Below, one piece after another: positions 57,005 to 64,000 of a stretch of 64,000 nucleotides of DNA. The stretch covers positions 1,025,980 to 1,089,979 of the forward strand of contig CAWFCG010000003.1 in assembly GCA_963814315.1 (NCBI GenBank), read 5' to 3'. Position 1 is the stretch's first letter. Every line of letters starts with the position of its first letter. The stretch comes from an uncultured Chloroflexia bacterium (GTDB lineage Bacteria; Chloroflexota; Limnocylindria; Limnocylindrales; CSP1-4). Made by a program: the position numbers and the translations under genes. The notes beneath the pieces were generated by a model. The model worked only from the letters and a program-made list of their open reading frames with translations. It did not search any database and was not told the DNA's origin.

Positions 57005-58828
57005 ATGTGGTCGCTGCGGCGTGCGTCCGAGCCGACATCTCGCAGCGGCCGCGGACTCGGTCAGTCTGCGCTCGCCGCGATGCTGCTGTACTCGCTGGGC
57101 GTCACGCTCGCGCCACTGGGCCCCGTGACCGCTGCCGACGACCCGCTCGCGCCGCTGGACACTTCGAGTCCCCAGGCCACCTACCTCTCGTTCTTGGAAC
57201 AGTCCGATGCGATCGATCAGGCCGCCGTCGAATATGCCGCGAATCGATCATTCGAGAAGCAGCGAGACCTCGCCCGCGAGTTCGGCAAGCTCGAGCGACT
57301 GTTCGACATCTCGGCCGTCCCCGAGACAACTCGGGATGAGACGGCCGTGCAATCGTGGGCCTACCTGGCCGACATCCTCATGCGTATCGAGCTGCCTGAC
57401 CCCTCGACCATCCCAGATGGCGAGATGCTCTCCGACGGTGCGGTTCCGCATTGGACGCTACCAGGCACCGAAGTCAAGATCACGCGGGTCGATTCGGGCG
57501 AGCATGAGGGCGAGTACGTGTTCTCGGCTGACACGGTGGCTGGCCTGCCCGAATGGCGGGAGCTGGTCCAGGGCCAACCGCTCCTTGGGCCCGAGCAGGG
57601 CGCCGTCACCGACTGGCGAGCGTGGGAGACGACCACGTCGGGTCCGCTCATCCCGCTGGGCTTGATCGAGGCCCTACCGGACACCCTCCGCGATCCGCTG
57701 CTCGGCTCCCCCCTCTGGAAGGTCATCGTCGGCATCCTCGGCGCCATGCTCGTCACGCTCGTGGTCGCCGCGTGGTATCGATGGATCGGGAGTCGTGGGC
57801 CGAAGGGGACGGTGCGAGGACACGTCTTGAGCCTGACCACTCCAATCGTGCTGGTGATCCTGCTGGAAGCCTATCGACTGTTCATGGAGACCCAGATCAA
57901 TTCCGGTGGCACCTTCGCAGAGTTCGTCTTGTTCGGAACCACGATCGTCTACTTCCTCGCGCTGGCTTGGGCATTCCGCGCGCTGACCCGACTCGTCGTC
58001 GAATGGGTCATCGCCACGCCCGTGATCACGGAGGGCACGTACGACGCGCAGCTGGTGCGGTTGCTCTCGCGGGTCATCAGCATCGTGGGCGCCCTCGGCA
58101 TCGTGCTGTACGGGGCGAACGACATCGGCATCCCGGCGCTCGGGCTCCTCGCCGGACTGGGCATCGGTGGGTTGGTCATCGGACTGGCCGCCCAGGGTAC
58201 GGTCGAGAACCTGATCGGAGGCCTGACCCTGTATACCGACCAGCCCTTCAGGCTGGGCGACTTCGTGGCGCTCGGCGATGACCTGGGGACGGTGGACATG
58301 ATCGGCCCGCGCTCGACCCGCATCCGCAAGCTGGATGGCACGCGCCTCAGCATGCCCAACAGCGAGGTCACCAAGTCGAGGGTGACGAATTTCACCCAGC
58401 GCGCCAACGTCCTGTTCCTGCATACCGTCGGCGTACGCTACGAGACGACCCGTGAGCAGCTCGAACTCCTGGCCTCTCGGATCGCCGAGGGGATGCGAGA
58501 ACATCCGTTGGTGATCGCCGACGAGAACATGCCGCGCGTGAGAGTGGCCGGATTCGGAGCGTCCTCCATCGACATCGAGGTGCGGGCCTACATCGATACC
58601 ACCGACTTCAATCGGTACATGGCGGTCCAGGAGCAGCTCCTGCTGATGGTCCACCGGATCGTCGAGGACGTCGGGACATCGATCGCCTTTCCCTCGACCA
58701 CGGCCTATCTCACGCGGGACCACCGCATCGCCGCTGGTCCATCGGTCGCCGAGTCGCCTGCTACCGAGGTCTCTACCCTCGCGGACCAGCGTCATGGCTC
58801 TCTGGCTCCCGAGGCCGGACCTTCGTAG
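57005..58828 (+). CDS. MscS-family mechanosensitive channel with a large N-terminal domain
   Basis: Has an MscS core (LIGGLTLYTDQPFRLGDFVALGDDLGTVDMIGPRSTRIRKLDGTRLSMPNSEV). It begins 2 nt after the ClC stop. Confidence 0.75.
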   Translation: MWSLRRASEPTSRSGRGLGQSALAAMLLYSLGVTLAPLGPVTAADDPLAPLDTSSPQATYLSFLEQSDAIDQAAVEYAANRSFEKQRDLAREFGKLERLFDISAVPETTRDETAVQSWAYLADILMRIELPDPSTIPDGEMLSDGAVPHWTLPGTEVKITRVDSGEHEGEYVFSADTVAGLPEWRELVQGQPLLGPEQGAVTDWRAWETTTSGPLIPLGLIEALPDTLRDPLLGSPLWKVIVGILGAMLVTLVVAAWYRWIGSRGPKGTVRGHVLSLTTPIVLVILLEAYRLFMETQINSGGTFAEFVLFGTTIVYFLALAWAFRALTRLVVEWVIATPVITEGTYDAQLVRLLSRVISIVGALGIVLYGANDIGIPALGLLAGLGIGGLVIGLAAQGTVENLIGGLTLYTDQPFRLGDFVALGDDLGTVDMIGPRSTRIRKLDGTRLSMPNSEVTKSRVTNFTQRANVLFLHTVGVRYETTREQLELLASRIAEGMREHPLVIADENMPRVRVAGFGASSIDIEVRAYIDTTDFNRYMAVQEQLLLMVHRIVEDVGTSIAFPSTTAYLTRDHRIAAGPSVAESPATEVSTLADQRHGSLAPEAGPS

Positions 58829-58864
58829 GCTATATCGAAGAGTCTCCACGAGACCCAGTACGGT

Positions 58865-59229
58865 TCATCTCGCCTTGAGTTCGGCAGCGACGGTAGCGAG
58901 ATCCTCCGCAGTGTGGATGCTGAGGTCCGTGCCCTTGGGGAAGTACTGGCGCAGGACGCCGTTGGTGTTCTCGCTGGAGCCACGCTGCCACGGACTGGCT
59001 CGTTCGCAGAAGTAGACCGGCACGTCCGTGGCCCGGGTGAACTCGTCGTGGCAGGCCATCTCGACGCCCTAATCCCAGGTCAGTGAGCGCCGCAACTGTG
59101 GCGGCAGCGCTGCGACAGCGTCGGAGACGGCATCGCGGACCCGCGCCGAGTCGTGGCCATCGGGCAGGTGCAGCAGGAGGAGGTAGCGAGTCGTGCGCTC
59201 CACCACTGTGCCGATGGCCGAGCGGTTTG
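58865..59229 (-). mobile_element. IS30-family transposase remnant: C-terminal fragment with an in-frame TAG
   Basis: My translation NRSAIGTVVERTTRYLLLLHLPDGH...[58 protein letters not shown] matches the IS30 DDE-domain C-terminus. The TAG falls where IS30 transposases have Q (WDQGKEM). The N-terminal two-thirds is absent. Confidence 0.65.
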
Positions 59230-59241
59230 ACGACGACGGTC

Positions 59242-59640
59242 ACGAGGGTCCGAGCGGCGCGCCGAGCTGGCGCAACATGCCAAGCTGATCGAACTGGTGC
59301 CAGTGCTCAACGATCGGGCCGTCGCGGATGCGGAAGATGTGGATCTCGGCGATGGAGTAGCGCTTCCCTGTCGGCGACATGCCCATGAACTCGCCCGTTT
59401 GGGTCGCACCGGCAGTGAGCCGGGCAACGACGGATCCCCCTCGGCGATCAGGTCCTCGATCGTGAACTCCGCATCGGTGAGGCCCTTCAAGACGCGCTCC
59501 AAGGCCCGCTTCAAGTCGCCTCGGCCGTCGCCGGTGGATGGTCAGGGGTGCGCTACGAAGTCCTTGGCCACGAGATCGCCTTTCTCAAAGACTTCCTCCA
59601 CGAACCTCCGTACGACAGCTTTGTTCCTTTCGATGCCCAT
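59242..59640 (-). pseudogene. ester cyclase (SnoaL-like, COG5485) pseudogene with an in-frame TGA and a -1 frameshift at a G5 run
   Basis: My translation reads MGIERNKAVVRRFVEEVFEKGDLVAKDFVAHP*PSTGDGRGDLKRALERVLKGLTDAEFTIEDLIAEGD, then shifts frame at GAGGGGGAT into SVVARLTAGATQTGEFMGMSPTGKRYSIAEIHIFRIRDGPIVEHWHQFDQLGMLRQLGAPLGPS*. Confidence 0.6.
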
Positions 59641-59818
59641 CCGATTGCTCCTCCTGCCGTGCACGCGGGTGTCGTTGGGCTTGGCGAGTATCCTCCGACG
59701 ATAACCTAGCGGGCGCGTCGGCCGCAGATACCCGAGCAGGCAGCCGGTCCCAATGAGGGCCGTTGGAGCCCATGCGGACGTTGGCCCATCCCCTGTTGAG
59801 CGGTGACTCGCGGAGGTC

Positions 59819-61285
59819 TCAGCCGAGGTCCGGGAACTCGACCCGCAACGCGGCGGCAAGCTGAACTTCCACATCCGCGTACGCCGGGTCACCGGCGTGG
59901 TTGTCGAGTTCCCAGGGGTCGGCCACCGAGTCATACAGCTCGACCTCGCCGGGCTCGTACTCGATGTAGTGCCAACGACCGAGCGGATGCTGATCCGATG
60001 TGCGGATGGCCCAGAACTCGGGTGACCAGGGATAGCCCGGACCGCTCTGCTCGCGCACCACGGTCCGCTCGAGATGCTCGACCTCACCATCGAGGAGTGG
60101 CAGCAGGCTCACCCCGTCGGCCGTCTCCTGGCCATCCGCGAAGGGACCCATCTCGCAGCCGGCGATGGCACAGAGCGTCGGCGCCAGATCGATGTTGCTG
60201 ACGAGCTCATCGACGGTGCGCGGCTCCTCGCCCCAGCGGGCCGCCCAGCTCAGGACGAGCGGGACCGGTGTGGCATAGGGGTTGCCCTTGCGCTGGGGCA
60301 GTCGGTGCGTGCCCCAGGTGGCGCCGTTGTCGGCGGTGAGGATGAAGAGCGTGTCGTCCAGACGGCCCCGTCGCTCCTGCTCCCGAACGACCGAGCCGGC
60401 GAGCTCGTCGACCGCGAGCATCTGTTCGCAGTAGGTCTCCATCGACCAGCCATCCGAGTCGAGAGGACGACGAGCCTGGACCCAGGCGGGCTTGTCGGAG
60501 ACGTCCTCATCGAACGATGGCGGGTCCCAAGGCTCGATCGAGCGACAGCGACGGTCACCGCGGTACTTCTCAGTTGGCCGGTTGGGCTGATGCAGGTCGA
60601 ACAGGCTGACGAAGGCGAGCACCGGGGCATCGGTCGGCGCATCGCGCAGGTGCTTCGTCACCTGGCGCTTCGCCACGAGAGTGGAATGGTCGTTGGCCTC
60701 TTTGCCGTGGTGGACGATGCCGTAACGGGTCCACAGGTCGTAGTCGAGGTACTGGCCGTTGTCCTCGTAGGTGACGTCGAAGTCATCCCAACCGACCGCA
60801 TAGTCACGGACATTGCGGCGCGGGACTTCGGAGCGGAATTCATTGAAGTACTTGCCCGCGAACATCGTCGTGTAGCCGACGCTCTGGAGCTCGGTGCCCA
60901 GCGTCGTCGTCGGGTCGAAGGGCACGGTGACGTTGCGGTCGACGTGATGGTTCAGGGTATGTTGGCCCGTCAACGTGGCCGCCCGGCCTGGGCTACACAG
61001 AGGCGTCTCAGAGACCGCCTGGCTGAATGACACGCCCTGCTCGGCGAAGAGCCTGGCCAACGTGGGCGTCCGGCGGGCGTCGTTCCAGAGCCGCCCGTCG
61101 TGGGGATCGACGTCATCGAGGTAGAGCACGACGATATCGGGGGAGGTCGCAGCGGCTGGCGGCGATGGGGACTGAGCCTCCGCAGCGCCGATCACGGGGC
61201 CGATCATCGAGGCGGCGAACAGGGCCGTCGCTCCCAGTGTCACGCGTCGGTAGCGGGCCTCCCTCAGTGACCGTGCACGCACCAT
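59819..61285 (-). CDS. type I sulfatase (formylglycine-dependent), secreted
   Basis: Has the CxPxR motif TPLCSPGRAATLTGQH. The N-terminus MVRARSLREARYRRVTLGATALFAASMIGPVIGAAEA is signal/Tat-like. The start is MVRA at 61285. Confidence 0.75.
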   Translation of the reverse strand: MVRARSLREARYRRVTLGATALFAASMIGPVIGAAEAQSPSPPAAATSPDIVVLYLDDVDPHDGRLWNDARRTPTLARLFAEQGVSFSQAVSETPLCSPGRAATLTGQHTLNHHVDRNVTVPFDPTTTLGTELQSVGYTTMFAGKYFNEFRSEVPRRNVRDYAVGWDDFDVTYEDNGQYLDYDLWTRYGIVHHGKEANDHSTLVAKRQVTKHLRDAPTDAPVLAFVSLFDLHQPNRPTEKYRGDRRCRSIEPWDPPSFDEDVSDKPAWVQARRPLDSDGWSMETYCEQMLAVDELAGSVVREQERRGRLDDTLFILTADNGATWGTHRLPQRKGNPYATPVPLVLSWAARWGEEPRTVDELVSNIDLAPTLCAIAGCEMGPFADGQETADGVSLLPLLDGEVEHLERTVVREQSGPGYPWSPEFWAIRTSDQHPLGRWHYIEYEPGEVELYDSVADPWELDNHAGDPAYADVEVQLAAALRVEFPDLG

Positions 61286-61471
61286 CTCACCTGCCTGGTA
61301 CGGGTTTCCGACATCAGGCTGGCAGCATGCCACGGGTCCATGCTTCTCGCGCGCAGCGGGCCAAGGACCCCGTGATCCAGACTGTTCCGGCAGCGGCGTC
61401 CCCGTCCGCCTGTCTTACGGTCCGTGAGCCATCCGAGGCGTATCGAACGGCGTGGCCGCATTCGCTGCATC

Positions 61472-61936
61472 TCAGCTGCGGTCGGCGGGACTCTCGTCGG
61501 CTTCGTCGTCCGTGGTTGAGAACCGTGGCGAGACCTGCCGGTGCAGCTCCATCAGGTCATCGAGGAACGACGGATCACTTGGGTCGAACACGAGGTCGGC
61601 TCCGACACTGATGAAGCCCGGCAGCTCCAGGAGACCCGCCTCGAATTCCGCAGAACGCCGCTCGCTGGCGACCTCGTACATCTCCGGCGTAAAGTCGGGC
61701 AGCGATCCGAACGAGCGGTCATCCGGGACCCCGTCGGTGAGACCAGGCGCACCGATCACCTGGGCCACCTTGTCGACCGATGCTCTTCCGATGCCATGCC
61801 GGATAGCCTGTTGGATCGCCGCCAGGGCAGGCTCAGACGTGATCGTCAGCTCAGCATCAGGCCCGACGGCGACCGTCACATAGCCGACCACCTCGAGGCG
61901 GCGGAGCCCGTAGCTCTCATCCATCGGTCCGGCCAT
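61472..61936 (-). CDS. hypothetical protein (acidic C-terminus), upstream of the sulfatase on the same strand
   Basis: 154 aa with no recognised motif. Confidence 0.35.
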   Translation of the reverse strand: MAGPMDESYGLRRLEVVGYVTVAVGPDAELTITSEPALAAIQQAIRHGIGRASVDKVAQVIGAPGLTDGVPDDRSFGSLPDFTPEMYEVASERRSAEFEAGLLELPGFISVGADLVFDPSDPSFLDDLMELHRQVSPRFSTTDDEADESPADRS

Positions 61937-62152
61937 CGCCCCCTATCGACCCGCGGTGGCATCGCGGTCAAGCTGGAAGGGCTGGCGACGTCCGCGGCGC
62001 GTTTCGCCGGTCAGGTGACGATCGACGACGCTCCATCCGTCGGCCACATGGCGGTCGAACGCCGAAATCGATGGAACCTTTGGTGCCGACCCACGCTCAT
62101 GGTGGGCGAATGGGCACGCGAGTGCCTTCATCGTGAGAGAAAGGACGGTTCC

Positions 62153-62746
62153 ATGTTGAAGTGGGGGATGAAGAAAGCTGGAGGCCTGAAGGCCACGTTG
62201 GTCCTGGGGGCGGCCGTGGCGCTGCTGTTGAGCCCCTCCGCGGTCGTGGCGGGTACACAGGACCGCGATCGTGATCGCGATGGTGACGGCCTTCCCAACC
62301 GGTACGAGCGACTGCGCACGATGACACGCGCCGGTAGCGCTGACTCAGACAACGACGGCGTCCGTGATGGCCGTGAGGACCCTGACCGTGACGGACTGAC
62401 GAACCGCCAGGAGCTCAGGCTTCGGACTGATCCTCGCCGAGCCGACAGCGATGGCGATGGCATCCGCGATGGGGACGAAGACCTTGACCGAGATGGACTG
62501 ACCAATCGGCAGGAGTTGCGCCTGCACTTGCGCCTGCGCGATCCCGATTCGGACAACGACGGGGTCCGCGACGGCCGTGAGGATGCTGACCATGACGGGC
62601 TCCGGAATCGTGCTGAGTACCGCTACGGCTACGATCCACTCAACCCCGATTCCGACGGCGACGGCATCCGGGATGGCCAGCAGCACCACCAGCGTGACGG
62701 CGACCAGGAGTGTGACGGCTCCGGTCCTGGCTGCGATACCGACTGA
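62153..62746 (+). CDS. small secreted protein of thrombospondin type-3-like calcium-binding repeats
   Basis: RBS GAGAGAAAGGA, signal peptide MKKAGGLKATLVLGAAVALLLSPSAVVAG, then eight or more Dx[DN]xDGxxD motifs (for example DSDNDGVRDGRED, DPDRDGLTNRQE, DSDGDGIRDGDED). The DNA shows an internal duplication of about 200 nt. Confidence 0.65.
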   Translation: MLKWGMKKAGGLKATLVLGAAVALLLSPSAVVAGTQDRDRDRDGDGLPNRYERLRTMTRAGSADSDNDGVRDGREDPDRDGLTNRQELRLRTDPRRADSDGDGIRDGDEDLDRDGLTNRQELRLHLRLRDPDSDNDGVRDGREDADHDGLRNRAEYRYGYDPLNPDSDGDGIRDGQQHHQRDGDQECDGSGPGCDTD

Positions 62747-62904
62747 CAGCGTTCTGTCGTAGCGTTCCATGTATCGGCCGTCTGGCACCCGAACTCCGAG
62801 TCTGTCCGACCCGGAGTTCGCGGCCTGTCGGCCGACATCGATCGAGCGCGTTGCCGCGAGCCCTGGTCTCCGTGCCATCACGACCATCCGCTACGGTTGG
62901 GCCT

Positions 62905-63465
62905 ATGAGCGCGGGACGTGTTGGAGACCGACAACTCGTGGACGCCGTCCTGGGTGGGGACGACGATGCCTTCCGAGTGCTGGTCGAGCGGGAGTCGGCG
63001 AATGTGGTGGGCCTCTGCCGACGTATCCTCGGCGACCCCTACGAGGCTGAAGACATGGCTCAGGAAGCGTTCTTGCGAGCCTATCGCGCGCTGCCGACCT
63101 ACCGTGCTGACGGGCCCTTTGGCGCATGGGTCTGGCGCATCGCGATGCGGCTCTCGGTCGCCCGTCTCAAGCAACGCCCCTCTGACCTGCATGCGGATCC
63201 TAACCGCGTGGAAGGCTGGCTCATCGATCTGGACCGGGACACCGACCCAGTCGGTCGGCTGCTCGGCAAGGAACATCGCCAGGAGGTCCTCGCTGCCATC
63301 TCCGCCCTGCCACCAGCCCAACGCCAGGTGGTGTCGATGCGCTTCTTCGGCGACCGCTCACTCGAGGAGATCTCGTCTGCTACCGGCTCACCGATGGGGA
63401 CCGTGAAGTCACGGCTGCACCGGGGTCTCCTGACCCTGCGTCAGCGACTGGGACCTTCCCGATGA
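62905..63465 (+). CDS. ECF (sigma-70 family) RNA polymerase sigma factor
   Basis: Has region 2 (ANVVGLCRRILGDPYEAEDMAQEAFLRAYRAL) and region 4 (QRQVVSMRFFGDRSLEEISSATGSPMGTVKSRLHRG). Confidence 0.8.
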   Translation: MSAGRVGDRQLVDAVLGGDDDAFRVLVERESANVVGLCRRILGDPYEAEDMAQEAFLRAYRALPTYRADGPFGAWVWRIAMRLSVARLKQRPSDLHADPNRVEGWLIDLDRDTDPVGRLLGKEHRQEVLAAISALPPAQRQVVSMRFFGDRSLEEISSATGSPMGTVKSRLHRGLLTLRQRLGPSR

Positions 63466-64000
63466 ATAGCGTTTCGCAAGGCCCTCGGCCGACGCCGGGC
63501 TCATCGGCTTCCTGCTTCGCCGATGGGGTCATGGCACGAGTCGCCCAGGAACCACGACCGACGCCAGCGCGCGTATTCGTGCGGTCGGTGCTGCGCTTCC
63601 GTCTCCGAGACGCGTGGGCGGCGTTGTCGACGGCGGCCCGTCTCGCCCTGGGGCCGGCCGGACCCATCCCCACGTTGGTCCGGGTGCAGTCCTTGCTGCT
63701 TCTGCTCGTGTTCACCGTTCTCGTCAGCAGTGGTGGTGCCCTCGCAACCGCCGGGGCGATCCGTGCCATCGAGAGCCAAAGCCGGTCGCCGCGGGTGGAG
63801 CAACGACTCGTCGTACCTCCGGCCGGCAGCAGCGCATCGCCACGGTGGTCTCCGGGGCCGACCGTCTCACCGAGTCCGGTGCAGCGTCGGGAACAGGCCG
63901 GGAAGACGCGATCGAATCGGAGCGGGGAGACACCCGCAGCCAGGAGGCAGGACGGCGTTGGCGGTGCCCAGCCGCCAGATCGTGAGGGGCGACAGCCCAG
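63462..64000 (+). CDS. putative anti-sigma factor with one TM helix, truncated by the window end
   Basis: The ATG at 63462 overlaps the sigma-factor stop as ATGA. The frame stays open to the window end and includes a TM segment LVRVQSLLLLLVFTVLVSSGGALATAGAI. It is absent from the ORF track because it has no stop. Confidence 0.5.
   Translation, partial: MNSVSQGPRPTPGSSASCFADGVMARVAQEPRPTPARVFVRSVLRFRLRDAWAALSTAARLALGPAGPIPTLVRVQSLLLLLVFTVLVSSGGALATAGAIRAIESQSRSPRVEQRLVVPPAGSSASPRWSPGPTVSPSPVQRREQAGKTRSNRSGETPAARRQDGVGGAQPPDREGRQP

Noticed and set aside
55636-57006. 456-aa minus-strand ORF opposite the ClC channel gene
   Set aside because: Its His/Arg/Glu-rich low-complexity translation, antisense to a clear ClC gene with conserved motifs, marks it as a shadow ORF.
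57674-58849. 391-aa minus-strand ORF opposite the MscS gene, and 60074-61030 (+) opposite the sulfatase gene
   Set aside because: These are shadow ORFs of genes with strong family motifs.
59542-60090. 182-aa ORF extending upstream of the ester-cyclase start into the sulfatase 3' end
   Set aside because: Only its last 33 codons (MGIERNKAVVRRF...) match the ester cyclase. The remainder overlaps the sulfatase gene in another frame.
1-64000. CRISPR arrays, tRNA or rRNA genes
   Set aside because: There are no regularly spaced direct repeats. No tRNA-like T-arm or acceptor patterns (GTTCGAATCC-type) were found in ORF-free intervals. There is no rRNA-like sequence.

Overview
This 64 kb window is high-GC (about 70%), actinobacterial-type chromosomal DNA that is densely coding on both strands. 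Most overlapping opposite-strand ORFs are GC-frame artefacts. I found no rRNA, tRNA or CRISPR. The CDS features run left to right as follows. (1) An aspartate-pathway operon on the minus strand: hom, thrC (with an apparent 1-nt frameshift), thrB, and the 5' end of an aspartokinase. It sits divergent from trpS and is followed by an AI-2E transporter and surE. (2) Two tandem CrtI-like FAD oxidoreductases divergent from a GcvT-like aminomethyltransferase. (3) A vapBC toxin-antitoxin pair. (4) A btuFCD-like ABC importer preceded by a cobalamin riboswitch. (5) A secreted metzincin protease plus a partner. (6) A GDP-mannose locus (a SIS-type PGI/PMI, manB/pmm and manC) interrupted by two paralogous sulfotransferase plus GT4-like glycosyltransferase modules. 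This is the most unusual system in the window and predicts a sulfated mannose-containing glycoconjugate. (7) A methyl-cycle / MTA-salvage cluster: metK, ahcY, a tandem-GNAT protein, an mtnA-like isomerase with a long N-terminal extension, and apt. (8) An orphan moxR-vWA-xdhC maturation trio. (9) mfd and pth. (10) An ApbE flavin-transferase operon with a ferric-reductase-like membrane protein and two small anchored proteins of unknown function, next to an OmpR/HK two-component system. (11) ybeY, a 7TM-HD (PgpH-like) protein, yqeY and an unannotated rpsU. (12) An ion-channel island with a KcsA-like K+ channel, a ClC channel and an MscS channel. (13) A LuxR/LAL regulator with two CMD-like paralogs. 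(14) A decayed IS30 transposase remnant beside an ester-cyclase pseudogene that carries in-frame stops. (15) A secreted CxPxR sulfatase. (16) A small secreted TSP3 calcium-binding-repeat protein followed by an ECF sigma / anti-sigma pair that runs off the window end.
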